DNA of 64,000 nt from Azolla caroliniana. Its lineage: Eukaryota; Plantae; Polypodiophyta. Below, piece after piece: positions 26,936 to 39,983 of this stretch. How positions within the stretch are numbered: position 1 is the stretch's first letter; the number at the start of each line of letters is the position of its first letter. The notes under the pieces were generated by a model. The model was given only the letters and a program-made list of their open reading frames with translations. It was not told where the DNA came from and did not search any database. The position numbers and the translations under genes are program-made. The DNA is taken from assembly GCA_043228905.1 (NCBI GenBank), contig JBHGNT010000148.1, positions 1 to 64,000 of the forward strand. The letters run 5' to 3'.

Positions 26936-28754
26936 GGGATTGGATGTTTTTTGTTATAAAATTTCCAATTACACTTTGATCCCATAATTATATTGTTTTA
27001 CAAATCACTTTCCATTCAACAATAGACAATGGGTATGATGTTATGTTTACCTACAAATTAACTTCATACTTTTAGGTAGAGGTCATGCCTATGGTCAAAT
27101 TCTTGCAAAAACATGGTTTTGGAAATCACATTCCACTAAACAATATCATTGCCTTAGGCCCATCCTTTCAATAAGAATGAAGCCTTGTAATATTGTACCA
27201 TGGATAGTTTGATGGGTCTATTGTCTTGCTTTGTGTGGACAAATGACCATTTTCACATAGGGTAGACAAAGAACCTACATATGAATTGTAGATTCATATT
27301 GTGTGCATAGACAAAAGTCTTGGATGTGGCATGTCCACTGCTTGCGAAAATATGTTCAACAAGAGATGAGAGTTTTGTTTGCAAAAATGGTTCATTTATT
27401 CAATGAGCAAGTCATTACCCATTCAATTACCAAATGAAAATGGGTGTTGTCTACTTGTGTAGGTTTCCGTGATATGTCGTTGACGTGGGTAGTATGATTG
27501 CTACTAAGTAGAGGCGTTTGTTCAATTTTTAAGTACAACCTAAAAGAGGTTGGCTAATGCTCGAGGGTTGATTAACATCACAACACATTATCTACATTTA
27601 CCACACATGATGTAACTTTGTACGCAAAATGAAGTAATTATAGAGCACAATGTACTATGAGATGGGGATGATGTAATGAACAATACTTACCAAGGGACAA
27701 GGGATACCATTGCAAAGTCGCACCATTGAACATATTTGCAAAGGACACAAATGATAATGGGGAGATGAGAAAGCATAGACGAGAAGTATGCAATTAGGCT
27801 CGAATTTGTTTTTTGCAAACAAAGATGTTTAGACATAGGTTATCTAGATTACAATAAGGAAGCACAATTGAGTATTTGGTTCTACTTCTCGCTTAACCGA
27901 TTCAATATTTTATTTGTTGGACATTTGTATATGAGGTCCTTTTATAATATAAGGATCTCAATATCCCATGAGTAGTATTGGGACAGAGCATTTATTTTCA
28001 ATAATGGTTGACTAATTTCAAAGTTGCTTGTGGTTGTTGATGTCTCTTGTTCAATAACTAGGATTTGATCGAGTCTATTAAACCTATATATGTAGCATTG
28101 GTAGTGGTCACAAGTCAATGGTCGTCGACAATCAATACTTAGCAATTGTGGTTGTGATATGTGTTGATTAGACTTCATTATGAAATGAAGTGTTTGGCGC
28201 CTTATTCGTGAGTAGGTGCACTTAGGACATATACGTTAATGATACAAGATGAAGATTTGACATAGAGCTAATGAAAATAAAATGTGATTAAGAGTAATTA
28301 TTACACTAACATGAGAATGCTTAGAGTTTACATAAGCTAGCACACCTTTGCTATGACAATACAAGAGGTGCACGACTCTACTTTGATGATGATGCAAATT
28401 AAGAGGGTCATTAGTCAATGAATCCCAACGACTAAGAAATGAGATAAGGTAGCATCCTCTTTTGTTTGCCCCCCTCTTTTATGGGGGATTTAGGAAGGGA
28501 CAAACGCCTTCATGCATATGTTCATTAAAGCTCGTTGGCTGTGGTGAGTTCATGTTTTCATAACCTTTACTAACTAGGAGATACTTAACGTTAATAATAA
28601 CATTGTAATTTGATCCTCAACTCCTTAGTTATATAGGAGGCCAACCATATATCTACATTACATATTATAGTGTTACAACCCATTGGATGATCAACATCGT
28701 ATTCGTCATCAAATCATTGACTCTCTTTTAATGTGATGTTGGAACTATTTCGAC

Positions 28755-29266
28755 TAACAATCGGCAACGGTTTGGTTTGAGAGGGTCCAAACCAAACCGT
28801 TTAAATTTTTTGAAACCTGAACCGAACCGAACCATGAAACCGAACCGTTAAACAATTTTCAAACCGTTAAACCATTAAACCATTAAACCATTAAACCGTG
28901 GTTTTGTGGTTCGGTTTCAGTTTTCAACATAGGTCAAAATTTTAAATTTTAAATTTTTTAAATTTATAATATTTCATTATTTAGAATTTTTAAAAATTTT
29001 AAGATGTTCCTAAAATGTGAGAATAAGGTGTACAAATGAAAAGATTGTTTAAAAACATTTTTAAATTTTTTTTAAAAAAAATTTAAAAAAATTAAAAAAT
29101 AAAAATAAAAACCGTTAAACCATTTAAACCACAGTTTTTGACTATTGAAACCAAACCGAACCGTTTTAAAAAACCTAAACCTAAACCGAACCGTTGAAAC
29201 CGTTAAGCTGTTAAACCACGGTTTCGCTGTTCGGTTCGGTTCATACCAAACCGTTGCCGATTGTTA
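28755..29266. mobile_element. hAT-superfamily MITE, copy 2 (same family as 24125-24538)
   Basis: Same TIR and homologous interior. TSD atttcgac/atttcaac (one mismatch). Confidence 0.92.
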
Positions 29267-29819
29267 ATTTCAACTTAAGTTAATCTTGTTCCATTATTTG
29301 TGAGAAGTTTCAATCCTTAATATATTCATGTCCCCAGCCAATGGACCAGATAAAGCTTTGCATATGTCTTTCTTTAACGAGTTGTTAGCATTAGTGGAAA
29401 GCAATGACATTGTTTTTTGACCTCACCATAACCCTGAAATCTCTCTTATAAGTTCCATGTTTGGAAACGGATGGTGGTGTCTACATTGTGGTTTACATAC
29501 ATGTCTTGCTTTCACCAATTGTTAGCCATAACGTATGACAATGATAATTAACCTTTTGAGTTACGGAAAGCGATCAAAAGACAAAATACCAGAGAAACAA
29601 ATTGTATCCTTAACTTGTTGCCGATTTATCCAAGACTACCTCAAGCAAGATAAGCAAGATTTACTACTTCATAAGGCATCAAATTCGTGAGTTCCGAAAA
29701 ACGTGGGGTGGCAAATGTCCAAAGTAACAAATTGAGGATATTTCGTTGTGTTTTTTTCCCCCTACCTCGTGCATCACTACAATTGACGGGGTAGAAGCAA
29801 AATGTAAGATGTAGCCTGG

Positions 29820-29916
29820 TAGGAATCGGCAACGGCTCGGCTCAAGCTTGAATTGATCTCATCAAACTTAAAACCGTTTCTAAATGGTTTGGCGGTTCGG
29901 TTCGGTTCGGTTCGGT
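29820..29916. mobile_element. Relic of a related hAT MITE end just upstream of the LPA1-like gene
   Basis: taggaatcggcaacggctcggctc resembles the TIR and is followed by (cggtt)n. There is no partner TIR. Confidence 0.5.
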
Positions 29917-30025
29917 ACATACATACGTACATACATACATCACCACACAATATGATAATGTAGTACATATATGTATGTATTAGAAGAACCGCTTCATTCC
30001 TCAAATGCTCTGTTTCAGCTCGGCT

Positions 30026-33000
30026 ATGGAGTGCCTTCTTTCTCACATGGCTTCTTCTCCTCCTCTGCATCATCCCAGACCCATTTCTCGATTCATCACG
30101 TTGTCTCCAAGGAATCTGCCCATTTCTCTATCAGGAAATGTTTCTTTATTACCTCTGAATCGGTTTCTGAGGTATCCGTCTCGCACCAGGAGAAACAGAG
30201 TCCTCGTTGTATGCTCAATGCCTCCCGATGATTCATCATCACGTGTACCGAAAATCAGGTAGAAATGTTGTGTATCATACGCATGCGCACATGTTGACAA
30301 ATTTTCCCTATCCATCGTAGACTCATACGGCGACTGTCTTAAGTTTTGGTTTATTTATCCATTTCATGAGCTAAAAAGCTAATTAATGGTTAAGTTGTTT
30401 CTTTTATGCACGTTACTTGTGAGATGGCGATTACAGGAAAGTTAGACTCTCATTTCTATGACTTAAAAGTAACATATGGTTATGGCATCTAAGTAAAGTA
30501 ATTCATTAGACATTATTAGTAATGCCAGGTTTGGAAAACGTGTGTTAAATTCTCCCTATAATTGTTGTCAGGATGCAAATATGTATCTTGGGTCCATTCT
30601 CTCATACAAGTATGTAATCTCTATTTAGAGTTTAGGTTATGTGCATAATCTGAACCATGTAGCTACCATATGGAACATTGCATTCATTTCTTTGGCATCA
30701 TTGGATTTTGATCTGTTCGGTTCACATCAGTTGATGAGCTGTTTGTTATGTACAATATTACAACTTAACCCGTTAGTCTCAAGAAAAAGCTCTCGATCTG
30801 TCAATCCCTATTGAACCATATCGAGTGGTCATTGCTGAACTTGAGAACTTTTATGCCGTGTTAACTTGTGGAAAATGATAGAAGCAGCACAAGATCAACT
30901 CAACAAAATACACAGAGAATAAACATATGTTTATTTTAAGCAGATGGTGGAAGTGTCGTTATATGAACAGGGTTGGCACAATGCAAGTTATACATCATGT
31001 GCTGTTAAGTGAGCAGGCACAGAACTCAGAAAGTGAATAGAGTGACGAATATTAAAATGCATTGTAAAGTTCCCTTCTTCATCATTTCTCAAGGGACCTG
31101 AAACAACCAATTTCTCTGTTCTGAAATGGTGGGCAGCTAAATGTTTATGTAGGATTTCCCACCACACTTGCGATGATGCCACTCATGGAAGTTGTGATGA
31201 TCATGGTTTAAGAAGCAATTGATAATTGGATTTGGTTTAGCTCCTATGCTGATGCAATATTGGCTTGTGTGTTTGCTATCTTTCTTAGAAATCCACGTAT
31301 CACATGAGATGGCTCTATTGGAGCTTGTTTGTATGTGGATTCCTGGCACCCTTAAAATGCTGACTTGTGATGGAAAGGACGACTGAAAGTCAGATGCCAT
31401 TTAAAGTTTCTGATTGCAGCATCACCTTATGTTGTATCCTTTATTGCTGCGCTTCCATTTCCTGATTTTTCAGAATCTTTTCTTGTGGAGAGCTTTTACA
31501 ATGTCTATATTTATTTTGGTTTATTTTCGGTCTTATCAGCGGCTATTTTGGCCTCTTCAAAAATTAATTTCTTTCTTTCTCCTACTCTGTTTTTCTCTGT
31601 TTTCAGAGAAAGAGAGAGAGAGAAAGAGAGAAAGAGAGAGAGAGGATTAAAGACTCAAGAGAGGTAGATAATTGAACTTGTGATATTGTCATCAGCTCTG
31701 CAGCGAAGATAAGAAGCGAGGTTATATCGCCATTTAGATCTGTACGGATATTCTTTTATTTGGCATTCATAGCAAGTGCAAGTATAGGTGCTTTGACATC
31801 CCTTCCACGTTTGATTGCTGCTATAGGGCATGCTCCAAATGCATCACCTACAACGGAGGTTTTGTCTGGATTAGGAATAGATTTGGTTGCTGTTTTGGTT
31901 TTTGCACTTCTGTACCGAGCTGATGTGAAAGCACAAGACTTACAGATAGCAAGGCTATCAAGAGAAGAAACTTTAGCTGGTCTTAAAATTGAATTGAGCA
32001 ACAAGAAAGTATTGGCACTAGAACAAACAAGAGGTGTAGCTCGTCTTGCTATCGTTGCTGGAACTTCTTCTCACATTGAAGAAGCATGCCGACGAAGTCA
32101 ACCATATTTTTTACCTCTTCTTGAAAGAGGAGTTGTGGTGGTTTATTTTGCCACAGATGGACAAGTGCCCAATTTAGAATTCTCAGCTGATGTTCCTTTG
32201 AGACCGCAAGAACAAAATGAAAATAAAGAAGAGAATTTGGACTCTGTAAACAAAGAAGAAGTTCGTGTTGAAAAGCTCTGGAGAGGAAGGCCTATCTACA
32301 CATCTGAATGGTTCAGGCAAGCTCTCATTTTCTTCCTACTTTTTGTACAAGTTCTTAATCCTTACGCTTCATATAAGCTCTTGTTTTTTTCCTTAATTGG
32401 TGCAAGCTCTTTACTTTTTTTAATTGTCGCAAACATTTGTGCACATTCTGTTTTTTCACCGTAATTGTTGCAACGAGATCTATATTTCTTATTTGTTGTA
32501 AAATCTTTTCATACATTTATTTTTGGCTTAATTGCTTCAATAGAGCTCTTTTTTCCATATATTTTTGCAAACTTTTCATGCAGACATTTTTCCCTAATTG
32601 TCTCTAGCTTTTATGGATGTTTTCTTGTTTTTTTTCTTAATTCTTGCAAGTGTTTTTAACATTATTTAGTGCTAACTTTTCATGTAAATGTTTTTCTTCC
32701 TCAAAGTTTGCAATCTTTCAATTGTTCAGAGTACTTGATTAACGTAGGAGTTAACAATGGTTGGCAGGTGGTTAAATGACCAAAAGAAGATTGCGAATGT
32801 GCCAGATGATTCTCCTGTGTAAGTAACAACTCTACTTAGTCTCTTTTGAAGTATAAAATGGAGATGGTGTCTACCAAATCCACCATCACTACTAGCTAAT
32901 TTCTGCTTACCAGATAACTAACTCTAGTCAGGTTATTGGCGCATTCTCCTGAAAATGAACCTATTTTTCTCTCTTAATGTGTGGATTGATTGCCACAAAT

Positions 33001-33471
33001 GGGCAGTCTCTGCCTTGTGAAAATGAACCACTTTTCTCTCTTTTAATGGGGCTACCAAGTGATGGCAATATTCTCTTTTGTGAATATGCATCATTCTTTC
33101 TCTCTTAATGGAGGTTTCTTGTAAAAAAGTACATTTGTTTTTTGTTCATATTTCAGTTGTGCAAATTGGTAGCCTCTATTTGTTTTGTGATAATGAACTA
33201 TTTCTTTCTCTCAATTGGCGTTCAAACTGAGTTAAACTTCCTAATTGTCTTAGAGTGAAAGTGCAGTAACCACTAGGGACACATCGAAGCATTGTGATTG
33301 ATTATATGACCTATAAGAGCGTTCCTTTACAGATATCTATCGCTTCGCTTGGATGGGCGGGTTCGAGGCAGTGGGAAAGGATTTCCACCTTGGGGTGCAC
33401 TTGTGGCACAATTACCTCCCTTAAAAGGTATATGGAAAGGTGTATTAGATGGCATGGATGGCAGAGTTTGA
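30026..33471 (+). CDS. LPA1-like: Chloroplast DUF3493 / LOW PSII ACCUMULATION 1-like protein (TPR-less, At4g28740-type), 4 exons, ~347 aa
   Basis: Exons 30026-30258, 31696-32316, 32768-32818, 33333-33471 (1044 nt). An alternative in-frame ATG lies at 30005. Ser/Arg-rich transit peptide, RSEVISPFRSVRIFFYLAF, ARLSREETL, RGVARLAIVAG, YLSLRLDGRVRGSGKGFPPW, LDGMDGRV. Intron 2 has a GC donor. Confidence 0.92.
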
Positions 33472-35699
33472 ACTAACACATTTTGGGTAGAGATGAGTCC
33501 CATATGTATGATGTTCCTTCAATCATTGCAAACGAGAAAACAATCTAATGGATAAAAGAGCTGACATATTTCATCGACGATATTGAATGTGAAGTATTTG
33601 CCAATTCATAAAGAGGCTTCCATTCATCATTATAAGGTTTGATTATCTCCTTTTGGAAGCTCTTTCATTGACGTATGTGGTAATGATTGGAAATAGGTTA
33701 TATGTATACATCTGAGTATCAGATTGTTATATGCCTATTATCTGACCATATGACACCTTGCCTTGTAATTTTGAGTGTAAAGTATTTGTAAATCAATAGA
33801 TACCTCATTTAATTGTAATAAAAACTTATATTCACTGAAAGTGGTATTGATTGGAAACAGATAATGTATATCCAAATATTGGATTATTATATACCTGTAG
33901 TCTTAACATATGATGCCTTGCCATGTAATTTCGAGAGTGAAGTCTTTGTAAATGGATACCATTTAAATGTAATAAATATTTATCTGTCTTTCCTCCACAT
34001 CCGTGCAAACATACAACTCTCATATGTCATTGGAAAGTGAATCCAATTTCAACTTATCAAATATATGCCAGATTTTGAAGAAACACATTGTTTTTTTAAG
34101 AAATGTTATTGTTATGTTATGTTTCTTGTCTCCCTCCGGTAAGTAAACAGCGCATCCATGTTGTTTTTCTTAATGTAGGACTATGTACTAATACAAATTG
34201 AAAGATGTTCACATTGTCGTGGTGCACTGATAAAATTCTTAGAGATTGGTGAAGCTGCACAACAGAACAGAATGCTTATAATTCCAAATGATCTGATCGA
34301 TGCCTTTCAATCCATCATCTGAGTATTGATTTTTGATCCTTTGTTTGGCATTAAACAATTGGACAAGCTTTACAACATTCATAGTACTGGGAAATGCCCC
34401 TTATGATTTGAGAGAGTTCGTCAGTAAAAAAGAGTGTCTTACCATTGCTTATTGATCCTTTATCATAAATGATCACCATCAGATGATGCATGTATGATCC
34501 TTTAATGTGCTAGCCACATCTTTGATTCACTTTGGTAGTTGTACAGAAAAGGCCATATTCTCTTATTAGTGCGTGCGTAAATAGATTATGCATTGAATTA
34601 GTGTGGAGAGGTTGGTTGGCCATATTCTCTGTCTGCATTTGCTTAAATAATTTTGTTAACTATATCTAAAAGATAAATTACAAGGGTGGCTTTTGATACA
34701 AAAAACTAAAATCTTGCAAAATACACCAAATACTTAGCATATCGATTAGAATACATAGTTTAAATGCCTTCAGAAAGTCTAATGTTAAAAAGTAACAATA
34801 ATACGGGAGATTGATTAGTATGACTTATCTAGAGACGCATAATAGGGCTTTTTTGTAAGTTATTCAGAATTCTGGGCACAAGTGTCGTAGTACTTGGATT
34901 TGCTCATAAGGTTTGATGCTTTTGTTAATAGACATGATTTACCTAGATTCATATAATGTAAATGTTTGATTATCCAGCATATATTTCTGCACACTTATGT
35001 TGTCCTTTAATAATGTGTCAATGGTTTGGATTGCCCTAATTAATATCACAATAGTATATGTTGTAATTTCAAATACATATTGTTGCTCTTGACCGAGATT
35101 CATCATGGTCATTGCTGGATATCTATAGCCTTCTTACTCATAATAACATTATAATGCGCGGATTGAAATTAGTAATTAAATATCAAACCCTAAAAACTTG
35201 AGCTTCCACCACTAGCCATCATCATTACTAGTATAATCAGGTGGGAAATTCTTCTGCTGGCTGCAACATTGCATAACCTTCACTAGTTAATTCTGAACCT
35301 AAGGTAAAAAAAAAAAACAGCCTCATAGGAAATCAGTGGAGACCAATTTGTTTAATGGGAAGAGTCTATCAGATTTATTCTCAAACATGATTGGTAATAG
35401 GTTACATAAGCTTTTTGCCCATGATTGTGCATAAAAAAATCAAATGGTTTCATTGCAGGAAGGCATATTAATTTAACTATACAAATTTCAATGGATTATG
35501 TTACAGATAGTTCTTGAGAAAGATTATGATAATGTGGATCAATGTTTTATATGAGATTTGGTGCATGTATGTGTGTTCCCATTGATATATATCTATTGGG
35601 AGAGGATTTTGTTTCACATGTTATGCATAATGGTCTAATCATGCTGGCAATTCTTATTCATAAATCTGTTGACAATACATTCACATACCTACAAATTCT

Positions 35700-36200
35700 T
35701 CTTCATAAATTTGTTTTACTAAAGTGTTTGGACTCATTTTATCATCAAGAAATGATCCGTCATGTTATTTATGCATTAACGTACACGATCACATTATGTT
35801 TCTAGGGGCAAATCCAGATAATGTTAGGAAAGCTATGGAAGCGCGGCATCTACTATACTGTCGCTTTAGGGTTCAAAATAAATACGAGGAAATCAATCAT
35901 TTTTTCATGCACCCAAAAGAACTTTAGTGGAGATTGGATGGTCAATTATTAATGTAGGGTCACACGACTTGGATGTTTCCATTGTCCATTTGAGAAATTC
36001 CTTAATCTCCTTCAATTGCCTTAATGATCTTTAGGAACCCCCCCTACTATGTTAACATTTTTCATGTTCAAAGACTTCTTTGCTAGTCCAGACAGATATC
36101 ACATTTTGCCTTTCTATCCACATTGTCTGGAGAAGGAATCCACGTCTTTTAGTGAACAATGGGCTTATTTTGTGGTTATCTTGACATCTTATTGGCCAAT
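35700..36200 (+). mobile_element. Heavily decayed LINE reverse-transcriptase relic
   Basis: VHDHIMFLGANPDNVRKAME, then after a frameshift ALGFKINTRKS, resembles the (Y/F)ADD...ASG.KIN..KS region of L1-type RT. Boundaries uncertain. Confidence 0.45.
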
Positions 36201-39200
36201 AAGAAATAAAATAAGTCCATGCTTAGCAACAACATCTTGATTTGTCCCCACCAAATATTTATTTTCCTCACGACACACGAGCTTTGAACATCTTTTACAT
36301 GTTCATTTGATATATCATTATGTAATTAAAATCTAACTTAGCAGATCCTAAAGAGCATCTCTCTTTCTCATTTTGCTATTTGTGTTTGGGTGTATCCAAA
36401 GCTTTGTTTATATTAGTCTTGATCAACCACCAGTTCACTTAGACAAAAAGACCATGATGTTGATTCCTTTGTTTTTCGTAACATGTCTTGTGTCCACTCC
36501 ATCCAATTAAAATAGTCTTATAAGACATTTAATAACATTGTAGGTGCAAAAATTAAACCGTGATAAATAACTAAAATTGTAGAAAGTGTTTTGATCTATA
36601 TGGGCATTTTACATGTATGTGTGATGGATGTTGGCTATTTATAGATATGTATCGAATAGTTTCACACTTTCATGGGCTAAAGAGCTCAATTCTTCATAAA
36701 AATTGTCTACTTTATGACATATCAAACATTGTAGTTGTAGATATGTGACCATTTATGAATCCAATCACCATCAGAGTTCATTCAACACTTCCACTACATG
36801 AGATGCAAGCTTTAATTGCAACATTGGACATGTCACACTTATGATCTTGTGGTACGACTTTTTACCATTGGTAGTTTGTAGCAAATTTCTTTCGATCAAA
36901 TAAACAAGGCACAATATCGATTTTTTTAAATCAGATGACCTTGTGATTTGATGTGTTTTCGTATCTTAATTTTTTTATAATATAATTACATAAATGACAT
37001 CCTTCTTGAAATGAATTAATAAGAACTTGCACGATGCAATGTGCACATGCAATTGGAAAATGCATATTTTCGATAATTGTTTCTCTCTTACATCGGTAAA
37101 CAATGAGAGTTGATAAGTGTAGTATAATTTATAAATGTGTGTGTGTGTGTAAACGCGCATGTGAGTTAGAGTTAAAAAAGTTAAAAACTATACATGCATG
37201 TCACATTGAAGTGAAACGTGTATGCACTAAAACCACTTGCTTATTCGGAAACAACCTTCTCCATTTATCATTGAAGGTGTAATTTTTATTATTTATAGGG
37301 TATACTTGATGATGGATTGGTATTTTTAAGGTGTAAAGAAGTTATTCTCAAGCGAGTGGCTTTCTCAATCTCATTCTTTATGTTTAGATTTATAGAAAAT
37401 AAAGACCCCATGAAATAAGGATTTTGTATTATACTTTGGTAACTAGTGTTGGTTCTCCATGTTTTTTGGTGTGTATGCTTGGAATGAACATGTGACTTAT
37501 TCAATCATGTCGATAACCATAGGTGCATGATGGATCCAAATGGACTATAGAAGTGGACGTGTACAACCATCTCACTAATTCAGTCACTTTACAGATACCA
37601 TAATTGCAGCATAGTTCTTTCTAAAAGAGTTGTACAATCTATGAGCATGTACAATAAGTTTATCTATAAATGGCATTGTGGTTTCTATGGGCTATACAAT
37701 CTATGATAATGGACATACACAACCATTTAATTGACAACTCAACTTGTGAACAAAAATAGAGAAAAAGGGAGATTCTTCATATAGTTTTCAAAAAGATGTT
37801 GGGAATCATTTACATTTGTTATTGGCTCAAACTACAATGGTAAAACCTTCAACTTCACTCTACTATTAGTGTAGCAACAAAAGTCATAACATTGAGATAA
37901 CCTAAGTTCAATCCTTGCCATGGGCTAGGCCCGTCTTATGGATCACAATTGCTCTTCATTGGATGCTAAAAATAAATCTACCTATCTATCTTAATTGTGT
38001 GTGAACAGATTCTCCGATGATTTTATTAACCAAGTAACTAATGCTTATAAGACAATAGTGTAAGTGTGAAAGATCAACTTATATGCATGATTTAGAGCTT
38101 CATGGTTTCCATTAATGGTCATGTTCGCACATTTATATGAAATGCTACATACATTGCCTCTTTTTTGGATTATCTCAACCATAGAGTTATGCTTTTATTG
38201 ATAAACAATTATATTATGCAATCGAACTCAACATCAATAGTCTAAAAGAAAATGTTCAATACCGTGCATAAGCAATGCTTGTATACAAATCCTTTGATCC
38301 ACGAAAGTGGAGGAGCTCATTAGGTATTGAAGAGACACATTTAACCCGAAATCAAGGAGTATACACATGTGTGATCGTGAATAGTTGGAAGAACTTCTTA
38401 ATAGAACTCAAGTAATCGTGATTGATAATATAACTTATAAGTGGATATGGTTTACCCATGTCATGCTCATGACCTAAGTAATGTGTCAAAAGAAAAGTTT
38501 ATTAAATTCATTCTTGGAAAAGACAAAGCTTTTTCTCTCTTTGTTGGTGTATGGAATCCTAGTTTCTCATGCGTTGTGACGTGTCCACTTGTGAAAAAAA
38601 AGAACAATCATGTGCATATGGTTCTATTATCAACCACAATGGTTTAACGAAATATTATGTAAGCGAAAAATTAAAGGACATGGAGCCTTACAATAACTAA
38701 AATTCTACCAACATGGTTGTGTTTGATAACCAAAATGAAGAGTGGACGCCCATGTAGTAACACTTTTTGAATAAAAGGCAAACATTAATATGTATTGTTC
38801 CCTACTCGTTATATCTCAAGATACTTTTTGGCCTTTAATGGGTAAGTTTTTGCGTGAAATGCTCCAACTTTTTCATTTTAAATACAACGTTTTTCCAGTT
38901 TCGATGATGAGAATCCTCGTGCAAGTAAAACCGGATCTTTAACTAAGAGGCTTCATATTGGATGAGTGAAATTCAATGAAAATTAAGCTTGTATGTTTTG
39001 AAAAGGGTGCATGATATCGAGGCCAATGTACAAAGTCGTGGTTAACAACCGAATATGGTTAAGTAGTAAGTGTGAATCTTACATTGCTTCATTTCAGCAC
39101 ATGTCTCTTGTTTTGATCTATTGCAACAATCTTGCTTTTCAACATTGTCATTTCACCCACATTGCAAACAACCAATGGCATTTTGCCACCTCAACACCAT

Positions 39201-39983
39201 GCCCCTTCCAAAATTTCCATACTTATCATAAGCATTGGATGGATATATTGTCGATTCGGTAATAAGAAAGTGGGCAAAAGTTTTCTAATTGTGAATGATT
39301 GGACCAAACAAATGTGCAAGCACGCACATATGACAAATTTGTGCCAACTAACAACCCATTAAGCTTGTAATGCAATATACTATTGACATTCAAAGACATG
39401 ACAACACGATTTCCAAATTTGGTCTTTAAATCTACTTATCGTTTATGAATCATACCTAAGGGTGCAACAGAGTTGAGGTTGTCCCATACACCGGAGCTAC
39501 GAAACTCTAGTGAAATGGACAAAGACATGCAATGTGATGGAGTCAGGAAAACTAGGAAACAAACAAGTTTTGTTTTTTGGGGGTGAGGCCCGAGGGTATA
39601 GCTCATGGTAGATAGATGTATTGAAGGAGCATGTTTATTTATATATTGATAAAGTGAACCTTATTTCATTGAAGGGAGAGGTTGCAAGAGTAGTGAAGTT
39701 TTAATTGTTCGTCGTGAGGAGGCAAACACATGACAAGAGAGGTCCCACAACCCACTAGGAGATCAGAAGGTCAAAAAGACACATCAATGTGTGGGGCATA
39801 TCTCTGGGTCTAACTTTTGGTTTCTTTCTCGCATCTTTTTAAGTACATAAAAATGTATGGCAAAGTCACTTTCTATATATCACTCCACAAATATTCAATA
39901 CTCTTGTTTGGGGCCTCACAATCTCCTTGTAACTTAAGTCTCTATCCCACTCTCTCTATCTCTTTTGGAGGGGGGGCAGGGTA

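Noticed and set aside
31170-31390. Box C/D snoRNA in LPA1-like intron 1 (GTGATGA ... CTGA)
   Set aside because: No terminal stem or recognisable rRNA-complementary guide; such motifs are expected by chance.
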